Assembly: GCA_002269645.1 (NCBI GenBank)
Contig: NIVC01003000.1
Location: 62,001 to 126,000 of the forward strand
DNA: 64,000 nt
Origin: Macrostomum lignano
Lineage: Eukaryota
Direction: 5' to 3'
This document shows, in pieces, positions 21,888 to 35,107 of the stretch; within the stretch, counting starts at the first letter, position 1, and each line of letters begins with the position of its first letter. The notes under the pieces were generated by a model. It had not been told where the DNA came from and ran no database searches. It worked only from the letters and a program-made list of their open reading frames with translations. The position numbers were made by a program, and so were the translations under genes.

Positions 21888-24800
21888 GCACGCGAAGGCG
21901 TATTCAGCATGCCAGTGAAGTATGAGACAGACTAGGCCCATGGGCTAAGGTCTGCGATGCTTCACGCCTGCCCCTATCTTCAGCAGGTCAAGGCTGGTGG
22001 GAGGTCTGCACCCTCTATTTGCCTCTGGCAGCCGCAGACCCCCCCCCCACGCTGTCTCGCAAGTCGACCCAGGGTACTCGTCCCCGCGTGTGTTCAAGGC
22101 AGTCCCTAGGGCTGCTGGACAGACTGGGCTCCGGCGCTGGCGACCCTATCCAGTGGCTTCGGCCGAATTTGGGTATGCGGGTCTGGCTCGCCAACCTGCA
22201 GGCCGTGGTACTGCTCAACGTACTCTCTAATGCCTAAGGTGTTGACCGTGCCGATGGGCTGGAAGGCCGGGGAGTAGTCCGGTCGCAAGCGGTCCCCCTC
22301 CTGGTGTCGGGCCAGCCTTGAGGGTGCTATTGGCCTACTGCCCGGTCAGATGAAGCGGCCGGGTGGGTACCGCGCCCCTTTGAGGGTAGCCCACCAACCT
22401 TCTATCATGGCCTTCGAGCCGACTATGGATAAACAAGCTATTTCTAGGGATGGGGACCCTTCTAAACCCCAACCTCAGTCCGAAGGACCGGCCGGCCCTG
22501 CTGGCAGATCCCAACCGACTGATTCAACTGTGGCAAAGGAAGGACCGGCTGGCTCTGCTGGCAGATCCGACCAGAGCTACCAAACTCAAAATACCCTAAG
22601 ACCTGCCAGCTCCGCTGGTGGATCTAAGGGAACCGCGAGCTCTGAGCCTAAAGGACCGGCCAAATCTGGCAGATCCGATGAAGCTCAGCGGGCTCGGCTT
22701 GAGCGCAAACGCGCTAAACAACGCGCCAAAAGGCAGGCCAAGAAGGGAGCTGCGGGGGCCAAAGCGGCGGCGTCCACCATGGATGCTGAAGCGACTGGAG
22801 TCCCAAGGCAACCAGGCGGGCCGGCCGGTGGAAGCTCCAGTAGTTCAGCGGCGGCGCTCCCTGGAGCTGCTGCCGCGGCTGCTGAGGCCGAAACCACGGC
22901 GCAACAAATGGCCACTGCCAACAAGGAGGTTCCTTCGGGAGCTACCTTTGCGGCGAAGGCCAAGGCCAAAATCCCGGGAGTGATCATCCAAGGTCGCGAC
23001 CAGGACTGGACCACTGATCAGCTTCAAAAAGTGTGGAGTGCTGTTGACTCCTATCTGATTGAGCTGACTGTCGAGGAGGGAATCTCCATCGGCGTTGAGC
23101 GGATGGTGCTGCGAAGCACATTCGTTCTTATTGCTCCTAGCAGCGAGGAGGACGCTCGGCGGCTGCTCCAGCGGCTACCGACGGTCTCCTTGGATGCTGA
23201 CCTTGGCGGAGCTCTTTTTCTTCGCGAGGGCCAGCGTCCAAAGACGATACCCTATGTGGTTTTCGTCCCTGCTAAGAGCACCGCAGCTGGACCAGACGTT
23301 ATTCGCCGGGTCCTACTGCGTCTGAACCCCGACCTCCCTGCTAGTGGACTGGTGTATCACCGTAAAGTCCGCAGGGGGGAGACGGGCAACTCAATTGTCC
23401 TCGGCCTTTCCAGCACTTGGGCGAGTCGGTACCCTAATGGATCCTCTTTCCAGCTGGGTGCCCTCAAGCTCAAGTTGCGCCGAGGAAAGTCTGCCAAAGG
23501 GAAGGCTACTGCCAACCCCGGCATCTCCGGCAAGAGCGGGGCGCAGTCTAAGGCCCAAGGAAAGGCGCAAGCCGATCCCAAAGCCAAAGCTGCATCTCGC
23601 CCCTCTGCTAGCAGCAGTTCGGCGACCGCGGTAACGGCTCCGGCCGAGCCCCGGGAACCAAACCTGCCAGTCGGAGAAGGAGTTGAGGACGAGGCCGGGT
23701 CTTCGGAATCCGAGCTCTCCTCGGCCACCTTGGTGGGGTCTGAAGGTAAAGATGCAGGTGAGGAAGCTTCCTCCATTCTGTCATCGGAGCCTGAGGAGTC
23801 TGCTGGGGGGCCGGTGGGGGTGAGGAGGCCATGGACGTCGACCAACTCCCATCTCCCAGTCAAGCCCCAGCGGCCTGGGACGAGGACGATCTGTTGTCCA
23901 AGTCTCCTTGATGACCCTGGGCTCTAGCCAGATATTGCATTTAATACAGTATGACTAAGCTCCACGCTGCCAAAGGAGCGACATTCTGTCTGCAAATAAA
24001 TTTACAGCATTGCGTATCTGCGTCAGTAAATCTGATGAAGATTGCTGAGCTGTACAGGCCAGGCCTCATCCTGATCCAGGAACCCTGGATGCGCAACGGT
24101 AAGTTGCCCAACATTCCCTCTGGCTACTCTGATTTTTATGTGTGTGGCCCGGGGAACAGCCGCCCTAGAGCGGCTATCCTCGCTGCTAGCCATCTCCAGG
24201 CTTGGCTGAGGACTGATCTCTCTGATGGAGACCTTTGCGTCATCCAATCTAATCATTTCTCTCCGCGTACGTGTCTTGTTGCCTCGGTTTATATCCCAGG
24301 CGACAGAGACCCTGCTCCGAGAGTTTACTGCGCCTTGCGCAGTACTGCGAGTCCCAGAACGCTGAGCTGTGCTTAGGGGGCGACCTCAACGCGCACCACA
24401 AGCACTGGGGCAGCAAAGATACCAACACTAGAGGAGAGGAGCTTCTGGCCCTCATCTCTAACACAAACCTCATGCTCTGCAACCGCGGCAGCACTCCTAC
24501 CTTTAATAATGGCAGATGGCCGAGGTCCTCGACGCCACACTCGTTACCCCAAGACTCTTTGACAGAGTCAAGGAGTGGAGAGTCTGGTCTGAGGAGCCCT
24601 CCCTGTCTGACCACTGCTTTATTGCCTTTAATATCGCGGACACTAAAACCCAGTCTCCGATCACTTGGAGACGCAATATCCGCAACACTGATTGGGCGGC
24701 CTACAAGGCTGCCCTTGATCTGCACCTGCAGGAACTCACGGACTTACGTCCGATTGAGACCTGCGAGGATGTGGATCATATGGCTGAGACGCTGACAGGT

Positions 24801-25116
24801 TGCATTATTGCAGCCTACGAAGCGGCTTGTCCAGCTCGCGCCTACAGAGGCAAGACCTCGGCGCCGTGGTGGAACCCGGAGCTGGGGAAACTCAGGCGGA
24901 AGGCCAAAAGCCTTCATCGCCGTGCCATGAAGACCGGAAACCCGGAGGACATGGAGCTTTTCCGGCAAGCCTCCCGCAATTTCAAATCTGAAGTGCGCAA
25001 GGCCAAGGAATGTAAGTGGCGCCAATTCTGCAATGAATTGGATCAAGACAGACCTACTTCTAGGCTTGTCAAGGCCCTTACAATGGACAAAATGTCCAAA
25101 TTAGCCATGATCAAAA
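21888..25116 (+). mobile_element. LINE-A, 5' half only (5' UTR, ORF1, APE start), truncated by the duplication junction
   Basis: Near-identical to 33045-36275, with several extra 1-nt indels and substitutions. Confidence 0.92.
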
Positions 25117-27610
25117 ACTGACGGACCTGCTGCAGCTATTCGAAAGCACCCTGCCTCCTGGCTCCAAGATCCCCACGTCACCCTATCTACTGCGCAAGGC
25201 TCTCGGGGTGAACTGCACACACTACTGCCTGTCCTGCCTGGCTGAAGTCCCGGAGCAGGCCCCCGCCTGTCCATGCTGTGCTGCCGCTCTCACAGCTGAC
25301 CTGCGCGGGACCTACTGGCAGTTGGACATACTGAGCCAAGTGAGACAGTTAATCGAAACGCAGGGACTGCTGCGCAAGGTGGTGTTTCCGGCTGATCAGT
25401 CGGCCACAGAGGAGTCGCTGAGTCGCAGTACCTCCAGCAGATACCAGTATTTCAAGGCCCGTATCGACGTGGCGGCGAAGCAGCATGTCAGCGGAACGGT
25501 GAATATTGACTCTTTCCAGGTCAGTCAACTTTATGGCGTTAAAATCGTTACACTCCGGGCTGCGGCCTATAGTTACAGTCCGATAGTGTGAGTAACAAAA
25601 TTAATAATTCGTTGCCATTGTGCAGGTCTTTCAAACAGCCACCTATTCAATTTGCCCGGTGTACCTGAGCATCAACGAGGTGCCGAACGACTGAAAGGAA
25701 AATTTTTAATCATCTGCGGGTTCTGGTGTGGACGCCGGAAACTGAATTGCACCGCCTTCCTCCGACTTCTTGTACAGCAGTTAAATATTCTGCAGTCGCG
25801 TGGCGTGGAGTACTCCACTGGTAAATATTTACTCCAACATTGACGGATAAGACGGTCCAAAGAAAAGCATCCGCACTTGGGCTGCGTATTAAATTTTAGG
25901 TGGCGGCCCAGACGGACTTTCCGCCGGTCGTCTGTTCGTGACAATCCTGGTGCTGCTTCTGGATGCACCCCAGCGTGTCGAAGCAACCTGTCTGCAGCAG
26001 TTTAATGCGCTTTTCGGGTGTGACCACTGTTACATCCAGACGGCCCCTGTTCCCGGTGGTGGCGGCCGTTTCTTCCCTCCTGATGTCACGAATGTGCACC
26101 TCGCCGAAGCGGAACGGCATGGCTGCCAGAACGTAACACGCCGGACTCTGGAGGACACGGTGCACCTCGCCGGTAATAAGGCACCGGCCGCCAGCAACCT
26201 GCTCGGCGTGAAGTCCGTTTCGCCTCTGATCGGACTGGTGCGACAGGGGTTCGACTACATTGTGGACTCGCCGTTCTGCTACTTGCACCAGACGCTGGGT
26301 GGCGTTAAGTACATCATCTGCCAGTTGTTCAGCCAGATGGACAGAAAGCCAGACAAATATGCAGGTGAGATACAGCTGCGTCTATCGCTACAAATCCATC
26401 CCACTTACAGTACATATGAAGAATACGCAGTTGGAATCCCCAATAACGGGCTTTCTTACAGTCAATCCTGATCTGCGGCACGACATTCCGACCGTGGACG
26501 TAATGACGGCCCAGATCCGGGTTCCAAGGGGCTCCATTCAGCGACCTCCCCGCAGTCTCCGGGATCTTCATCACTTCCGCGGGCACGAGTTTGAAGCGTG
26601 GCTGCTGGCATACGGCCCTCTGGTGCTGCCCAATGTGTTGCATGGCGAGTATGAGCGATACCTGCAACACTTCCTGTTGCTGTCATCCTCCGTCTTTTGG
26701 CTGACTCTGGAGGGGGCGCCGATGACGGAAGTTGCAGGGACAAGGGCGAACCTGCGCCAGTTCGGCCATCAACTCCACGGCCTGTACTCGCGACGCGCCA
26801 GTACTTACAATATGCACAAGGTGCTGGAGAGTGTCGTTAAGGGTTTTTAAACAAAGTTGCAGACTTTGTTCTCACTGTCACCACACGGTCATTGAAATTT
26901 TTTCCACACAGGTTACTCATCACATGACCGACTATGCCGAAATGTTCGGCCCTATCCACCTGTCAGCGGCGCAATTCGAGGCGCATCATCATGCTCTGCT
27001 CTCCCAGCTGCACGGCAGCCGGAGCCTCGGCGCTGAGCTGCACGCCGTCATCCAGACGGAGGTCGCCTGTCGGGAACTGCGCGGTAGAGTCCCGCTTCCT
27101 CCTGCTGTCCCTGACAACCGGCAGGAAGTGGATGGGGTGGTTGTGACTCACCCATTGCGACGGACTGACGGGTGCTTCAGACACGCGTTGCTGCCGAACG
27201 GCTTCCGTATTGAGGCCTACTCACCTCGGTTGCGGGCGCGACGCACAGTCTCCAGCTTCGTCGGCATGTTTGCGGACAACTGGTCTCACCCGAGTGATCG
27301 CTCCGCACATGACTTCCTCTTTGCCCGTGTGGAAGCTATTATGCCAAGGGGCCCCCGCGTTATCCTCCGCATCGGACTGCTGCCGGTGGAGCCACCGCCT
27401 CCACAGCCAATCTTCAGTGGCGCTGCAAGCCAAGACAATGCACCCGGGGGATGCTCCTTCCGGCATGTCCGCCGTCTGCGCTGCGACCCCTTTGGAGAAC
27501 TTCCGGAGGCAGACATGCGTGAACTGGATGCGCGGCGCATCTTGGGCGCGTGTGTCCTCACAGACACGCACATCGTGCTCTTGTCGCACGCGCAGGCGTC
27601 CCATGCATGA
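25117..27610 (+). pseudogene. 5'-truncated duplicate of the CMC transposase
   Basis: Same exons as 13961-16454. Intact at the two sites frameshifted in copy 1, but has its own -1 indel at ~25683. Confidence 0.85.
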
Positions 27611-28207
27611 CAAATTGCGGTGCTGCATGACTGTCTCAATGTCTGTAAACTGACTGTTTTGTAATTAAAATTTGCCTCTGCCGCCGACTGTTTGAGTTAT
27701 ATGTCTTTTCTTTAAACACTCTTGGATGTCGAATCTTATAAAATCCGCATACAGAAATGAGAAATTTGAATGGTAATCTAGTATGTACACCTTTTTCTGC
27801 ATTTGTCTATTGTACATATTTATATTTAATGGAAGCAAACACTGCTTTTCTTTAATATGCCGTGCATAATTTAATTAATTTTGCTCACATTTCTCCTTCG
27901 TTCAGCCAGCGATCCTGCGATGTCAGGTCCCGTTGTAAAAAACATCCGTTTCAGAGCGTCCGTTTTGCGACTTGTCTCGCTAGATTCGATGCACTGAATT
28001 GATTGCTCTGCTCTGTTCTGTTTGCTCTGTTCCACTGACTGACTCATTGTCTTAGTTGCTTTTGTGAAACTAAAATTCAGTACCCGCGTAACGTTCCATT
28101 TCCACATTTGTGACCATTCAATCCCCAGCTAAACTACATCCTAGATACATATCAGTACGTTTCCATATATGTACAGCGACTGCGGTGTTTTGCCCCCCCC
28201 CTTGCAG

Positions 28208-29882
28208 ACGCAGCAGACGAAGACCCAGCGCAGGCCGAGTCAGCGCGCAACAGCGCAGGCTTCTGCAGCAGCAGTAGCAGCAAGCACCAAGCCGAAGAAG
28301 GGCCGCAATGTTAACTCCCAGCCAAAAGTCGCTGTACACGTGGAGAATCCCACTCCTAGCCAGCAACCCATTCTGTGCACATTCTGCGGGTCCTGGCCCC
28401 CCGAGTTCCATTGCGACCGCTGCCCCCCTGTAGGTCAGCATACGTGCGACGGCTGCAATACACAGTTCCATAATCACCCCGACCGACGCAGTCATCAGCC
28501 TGTGCGTCTACACGAAGGTAAGCTCAGAAGATATTGATACCGGGTTAAACATTTGCGAAGTCCAAGTCCACACTGTCTCGGATGCACTACAAGTCCCCCT
28601 CTCCCACGCCCACACAATCCCTCCAGTAATCAATACGGAGCCCGCTGCCCCGTCTGTCTCTGAAGGCGCGGAAAACAGTCAGCCTGCCGCGCTAGCGACA
28701 GTCAACGAAGAAGCTGCCGGCGAAGCTGACGACGCTCCCACAGGTCCGTGCCACCAGTGCAGCTTGCTGGAGGAGCAACTCGGCGAGGCCCGGACGACCG
28801 CCAACCGCCTTGACGCGACGATCGTCGAGCTGCGCGAACAGGTCGCCGAGGCCGCGAGTGCACACCATGCAGAGGTTGCATCTCTCCGGATGGAGATTGA
28901 CCACCTGCGGAATGTGTTGGCGGACCGAGACGCCGACCGACACCGTCTGGATTCTGACCTCCTGGCATTGCAGCGCAACGTCGTTGAGTGGGTGCAGTCC
29001 ACTCGGCAGCACCTGCAGGGGGACCTGGCACCTCGAAGCGCGCTACAACGCCATCATTGTCTGGAAAATCGTCGTGATGAGGCTGCGGCAACCGAGTCTA
29101 CGTTTTTGTCGCAGCTCTACTCCACGGAGGCGGTGTCGTTCTCTGCTGCCACTGCAGCCGCCACCGTGTCCGCCCAGCCCATGGCCGCCGCTGCTGCTGT
29201 GCATCAGCAGGACCTGGCTGCAGGCGGGGCGAGCGGCACGATGACGCCACTATTGGCCGGCTATAATATCTTGGTAAGGCGTCACACTGATTTTTTACAA
29301 AACCAAGTATTTTTACTTGCAATCACTTCCGTTATTCCGTGTATTTCATTACACTGTCAGGTTCCTGCCCTCACCGCCGTCGTCGTTCGGTCGGCACTAA
29401 GTGACTTCAAGCGGGACCCGGACGCTCACAATCGGAGCCGCCTGATCCGGAAGCTGCTGCAGGCCCTCTTCACCAAAGAGGAGCTGCAAATCAGCAGCTG
29501 GTCCGGCAAGACCCGCCGGCCCGGCGCTGCTAACAGCCCCGAGAAAATGATGCAGGCTCCGTCGGCTGCAAAGCTTGACGTCCTGGCGTCTTTCCTGTTG
29601 ACGGAGGCCGGCATTGCTGACTGCAACGACGAGGTCCGGGCCGTGTTTAAGAACATGGCCGACAACAGTCGGCGGGGCTCGCGCCCGAAGGCTGCTCGTC
29701 CTGCCCCTGGAGGTGGCGATACGCAAGCCGAAAAGCGCCCCCGCCATGCAGAGTCTGCTATCACACTGCAATCACGGCCGGCGAATGCGGCGAATGCGTC
29801 TAATCCTGAACCGGCGGCGAATAGGGGATCTGCACCAGTGGTTAATGATGGCTCTGAACCGGCGGCGACTGCGTCTGCCTAA
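28208..29882 (+). CDS. Duplicate of the B-box/coiled-coil/BEN accessory gene
   Basis: ORFs 28169..28537 and 28764..29882 are identical in translation to 17013..17381 and 17608..18726. Confidence 0.7.
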
Positions 29883-30902
29883 AAACGTATAATCTGTGTC
29901 AAAATAACATCACAAAAATGGTTACACGTTTTCGTCTTCATGCTGGTTTAAAAGCGCTCTTGCAAGCTAGCTTCAACTCATCCACTGTTTTTTCAGTTGC
30001 AAGTTACTAGTGATTCCCCACAAAATTTGTCCCGGCGAAAAGTTCATTATTGCTGCACCGGGATATCTGTTGAGTTTGACTCAACAGCGCCATGCTTTTA
30101 TTGTTCTTTAGTACTTTGCAATGCATTACAAAAAACAAAAAAATTACATTGTGGCTCTCATTACATTTCCAGCTCCACTGTTTTTGCTGCTCCAGCTCCA
30201 CAGCATTTTATTATGTTCCAGTTCAAGATTTACGTTTACAACTTTCTTTGCTGTTTGTATTACTTTCTTGTTACAGCTACGACTTTTATGCAGCTTGTCT
30301 TTTTGCTCAGTCATTTGCCAGCGAATTAATGTTAATGTTAATGTTAAAAAATAATATTTAATTAAATACATACGTTCCTAGTTGTGTTATAAATTAAAAA
30401 ACCAATTAAGGTAACTAGCTAAAAATTTTCAGCCATTATCTCTTACACTTTTGATTATTTTCTACGTACGCTCGTACGGGACGCAGCTAGTACAGTGTAT
30501 TCCCGAAGTACCGCGGCGTAAGCAATTACCGGGCAAGGCGTATTTCAAGCGTAGCACTGGCGTATGCCAGGCTGGCAACATGCGTATCTCAAGCGTACCG
30601 CGGGCGTAAGCTTAGCGGGCAAGGCGTATTTCAAGCGTACCGCGAGCGTTAACCCCACCCCAAACCCCAGCTGGTTAGGCGTGCGTGGGCGGTTTCTAGG
30701 CGTATTTTTGGCGGTTTCTGAAAATGTGCCTCAGTTTTACGCCTGTTTTACGCTTCTTTACGCACAACCTGCTATGTTTACGCCAAGTTTACGCGAAGCT
30801 CCCCCATCCTCCCCATAGCCGCGCACCCCCACCCACCCCTCCCCCGGAGCGTTTTTAAAGCGCATTTTAGGCGTATTTCGCGCTCCGTTTTCCAGCGGGG
30901 TC

Positions 30903-32411
30903 AGCAGGCCTGTCGCTGCTTCCAGGTCTCGCAGGCTGAGGTCGCCATGCGGCCGGAGGTTCCGCTTTCTGAAGGCAAACTGCTTCTGGATTTGGACACC
31001 CGCGTCAAGCAGACGACGGGTGGTTTTCATTGCCTCCCCTCTAACAAAGAGGTCGAGGGGGGGAATGTCCAAGAAGGAGTTCATGCCAGCGAAGGGCGTA
31101 GAGGGAGCCGCGCTCATGATAGCTCGACAAGCGCGGCCTTGCACCCTATTTAAAGCCTCAAGAACCCCTTTCACCTCTAGGGCACTGTTCCAAATGAAGC
31201 CGGCGAAGGAGATGGCCGGTCTAACAATGGCAGTGTAAATCCACCAGAGGCGGCGGGGGTGAGGCCCCAGGTAGCACCGAAAGCTCTGCGGATCTGCGCG
31301 AGAGTCGCGAGAGCTTTGCGGGCTTTCGTTTGGACGTGCGGGGTCCAGCTCAACCTGTGGTCGAGGGTGACGCCCAGACATCTAGTTTGTTTCTCCATGG
31401 CAACAGGTTTGCCATAGAGGGAGAGCGGTTCGATCCTCCAGTTTCGGCGGCTGGTGAACATGATAGCCACGGTTTTAGACTCAGAGAACCTGAGGCCGCA
31501 GCTATGTGCCCAGCGCTCGGCACGGTGAATGAAGGCTTGAAGGAGGTCCCTGAGGACCGCGGGCGATGGTCCAGCCACAGTGGCGGTAACATCGTCCGCG
31601 TAGCCGACCTTCTGAACAGGGTCCGGATGCGGGCTGCAAAGCAGCTCGTGGTCCGCCCTTCTGGACTTCCACGGAGCGTGAGTGTCCCAGGAGGTGCGAG
31701 GTGGCAGTACGATGGGAGACTATGTACATGATCCAGCGGGTGAGGTGCTCGTGCGTGCCCCGGGATTCCAGGGCTCGCTTAAAGGCTTCAAAGAGCACAT
31801 TGTTGAAAGCACCATCAATGTCGAGGAAAAGCGACAGCGCGTATCCACTGCCAAGCACGGCGCGCTCCAGCTTGTCGACAATGGCGTGCAGCGCACTTTC
31901 GATGGAACGTCCAGGACGAAAGGCGTGCTGATTAGGGGAGAGCGGGGAGTTCCTCAGCTCAACGAGGAGAAGGCGCCAGAGCACCAGCCGTTCCATCAGT
32001 TTGAGGAAGAAGGACGTCAGACTGATAGGGCGGTAAGCTTTGGCGGAGTGATAGTCTCCCTTTCCTGGCTTGGGTATGAAGACTACCGTAGCCTCTTGCC
32101 AGGCTTTTGGCACATAACCGAGGGTAATGCTGGCCTTGAAGAGGTTGCAGAGGAGGCCGAGACACCTGTCATTTTTAACTGCCTCATGAAGGAAGGCAGG
32201 ATAAATGTTGTCAGGACCCGGGGACTTGAAAGGAGAGAAGGATTTTGCGGCGCGAGCCGTCCTCTCTCTAGTAATGATGGTCGAAGCCAGGATCTGTCCG
32301 CCCGGAGAGTGGTCCGGTGGGCCTAGCTGCGGTGCGGCACGTGGGAAAGAGCTGGTGAGCATAATGTCCAGCGATTCCCCAGGGTTCTCAGCGAGCCGGC
32401 CGTCCGGTCTT
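30903..32411 (-). mobile_element. Duplicate of the LINE-B RT segment
   Basis: ORF 31502..32482 is identical to 20345..21325. Confidence 0.9.
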
Positions 32412-33562
32412 TTAACCTCTTCCGAACTGAAGAGGATTTTATTCATCTCCGTTCCGGTCGGATGGTAAGCAGCGCTTACCATAGACTATTCCTTTCAGCA
32501 GAATGGTTTGCTAAGTCTGTGGTCATTCCAGTCTGATAAAAAGACATTGACTATGAATAAGGCCCAAAACTAAGTCTCCATAAACTAACATAGAAAGTTT
32601 TACAGCTGAAGATTATGGCTGCACTCATGGAAGAATTTGAAAGTTTTTCCGATTCGGACTTAATGACGTCCGATGAAGAAGAAGACATCATGTCAGAGGA
32701 CGATTATGGTGAGTCGGACGGCCAGAGCACTGCCGAAGAGACGGAAGAGCTGTCTTGGCATTCTGTAGTTGCTGGGCATGACGTGCAAGCGAATTTGCAC
32801 GAGTTTCTAGGGACACCTGGACTGAATCCAGGAATTTGCGTACCTGGTGATGTTGAGCAGGCAACGTCCTTTTTTCTCGGTCTTTTTTTGTCCAATAGCC
32901 TTTTCGAAGACCTGGCAAAATGGACTAATCGAAGAGCCTGGGCGGCGATCCACTCTGTCAATGTCAACGACCTGCCTCGGAGTTTTGCGCAATGGAGAGA
33001 TTGCAGTGCGAATGAAGTAAAGAAAGTGTTAGGAATGTGCCTTTGCACGCGAAGGCGTATTCAGCATGCCAGTGAAGTATGAGACAGACTAGGCCCATGG
33101 GCTAAGGTCTGCGATGCTTCACGCCTGCCCCTATCTTCAGCAGGTCAAGGCTGGTGGGAGGTCTGCACCCTCTATTTGCCTCTGGCAGCCGCAGACCCCC
33201 CCCCCACGCTGTCTCGCAAGTCGACCCAGGGTACTCGTCCCCGCGTGTGTTCAAGGCAGTCCCTAGGGCTGCTGGACAGACTGGGCTCCGGCGCTGGCGA
33301 CCCTATCCAGTGGCTTCGGCCGAATTTGGGTATGCGGGTCTGGCTCGCCAACCTGCAGGCCGTGGTACTGCTCAACGTACTCTCTAATGCCTAAGGTGTT
33401 GACCGTGCCGATGGGCTGGAAGGCCGGGGAGTAGTCCGGTCGCAAGCGGTCCCCCTCCTGGTGTCGGGCCAGCCTTGAGGGTGCTATTGGCCTACTGCCC
33501 GGTCAGGTGGAGCGGCCGGGTGGGTACCGCGCCCCTTTGAGGGTAGCCCACCAACCTTTATC

Positions 33563-35068
33563 ATGGCCTTCGAGCCGACTATGGATAAACAAGCTATTTC
33601 TAGGGACGGGGACCCTTCTAAACCCCAACCTCAGTCCGAAGGACCGGCCGGCCCTGCTGGCAGATCCCAACCGACTGATTCAACTGTGGCAAAGGAAGGA
33701 CCGGCTGGCTCTGCTGGCAGATCCGACCAGAGCTACCAAACTCAAAATACCCTAAGACCTGCCAGCTCCGCTGGTGGATCTAAGGGAACCGCGAGCTCTG
33801 AGCCTAAAGGACCGGCCAAATCTGGCAGATCCGATGAAGCTCAGCGGGCTCGGCTTGAGCGCAAACGCGCTAAACAACGCGCCAAAAGGCAGGCCAAGAA
33901 GGGAGCTGCGGGGGCCAAAGCGGCGGCGTCCACCATGGATGCTGAAGCGACTGGAGTCCCAAGGCAACCAGGCGGGCCGGCCGGTGGAAGCTCCAGTAGT
34001 TCAGCGGCGGCGCTCCCTGGAGCTGCTGCCGCGGCTGCTGAGGCCGAAACCACGGCGCAACAAATGGCCACTGCCAACAAGGAGGTTCCTTCGGGAGCTA
34101 CCTTTGCGGCGAAGGCCAAGGCCAAAATCCCGGGAGTGATCATCCAAGGTCGCGACCAGGACTGGACCACTGATCAGCTTCAAAAAGTGTGGAGTGCTGT
34201 TGACTCCTATCTGATTGAGCTGACTGTCGAGGAGGGAATCTCCATCGGCGTTGAGCGGATGGTGCTGCGAAGCACATTCGTTCTTATTGCTCCTAGCAGC
34301 GAGGAGGACGCTCGGCGGCTGCTCCAGCGGCTACCGACGGTCTCCTTGGATGCTGACCTTGGCGGAGCTCTTTTTCTTCGCGAGGGCCAGCGTCCAAAGA
34401 CGATACCCTATGTGGTTTTCGTCCCTGCTAAGAGCACCGCAGCTGGACCAGACGTTATTCGCCGGGTCCTACTGCGTCTGAACCCCGACCTCCCTGCTAG
34501 TGGACTGGTGTATCACCGTAAAGTCCGCAGGGGGGAGACGGGCAACTCAATTGTCCTCGGCCTTTCCAGCACTTGGGCGAGTCGGTACCCTAATGGATCC
34601 TCTTTCCAGCTGGGTGCCCTCAAGCTCAAGTTGCGCCGAGGAAAGTCTGCCAAAGGGAAGGCTACTGCCAACCCCGGCATCTCCGGCAAGAGCGGGGCGC
34701 AGTCTAAGGCCCAAGGAAAGGCGCAAGCCGATCCCAAAGCCAAAGCTGCATCTCGCCCCTCTGCTAGCAGCAGTTCGGCGACCGCGGTAACGGCTCCGGC
34801 CGAGCCCCGGGAACCAAACCTGCCAGTCGGAGAAGGAGTTGAGGACGAGGCCGGGTCTTCGGAATCCGAGCTCTCCTCGGCCACCTTGGTGGGGTCTGAA
34901 GGTAAAGATGCAGGTGAGGAAGCTTCCTCCATCCTGTCATCGGAGCCTGAGGACTCTGCTGGGGGGGCCGGTGGGGGTGAGGAGGCCATGGACGTCGACC
35001 AACTCCCATCTCCCAGTCAAGCCCCAGCGGCCTGGGACGAGGACGATCTGTTGTCCAAGTCTCCTTGA
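33563..35068 (+). CDS. LINE-A ORF1 (501 aa; low-complexity ends, basic patch, folded central region; no CCHC knuckle seen)
   Basis: Long open frame between the 5' UTR and ORF2; position typical of ORF1. Confidence 0.8.
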   Translation: MAFEPTMDKQAISRDGDPSKPQPQSEGPAGPAGRSQPTDSTVAKEGPAGSAGRSDQSYQTQNTLRPASSAGGSKGTASSEPKGPAKSGRSDEAQRARLERKRAKQRAKRQAKKGAAGAKAAASTMDAEATGVPRQPGGPAGGSSSSSAAALPGAAAAAAEAETTAQQMATANKEVPSGATFAAKAKAKIPGVIIQGRDQDWTTDQLQKVWSAVDSYLIELTVEEGISIGVERMVLRSTFVLIAPSSEEDARRLLQRLPTVSLDADLGGALFLREGQRPKTIPYVVFVPAKSTAAGPDVIRRVLLRLNPDLPASGLVYHRKVRRGETGNSIVLGLSSTWASRYPNGSSFQLGALKLKLRRGKSAKGKATANPGISGKSGAQSKAQGKAQADPKAKAASRPSASSSSATAVTAPAEPREPNLPVGEGVEDEAGSSESELSSATLVGSEGKDAGEEASSILSSEPEDSAGGAGGGEEAMDVDQLPSPSQAPAAWDEDDLLSKSP

Positions 35069-35107
35069 TGGCCCTGGGCTCTAGCCAGATATTGCATTTA
35101 ATACAGT

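Larger units (their letters stand above)
25117..30899 (+). mobile_element. Duplicated 3' part of the CMC element (transposase from exon 2, accessory gene, right TIR)
   Basis: Copy of 13961-19743. The right TIR ends at 30899 and is followed by GTC at 30900-30902. Confidence 0.92.
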
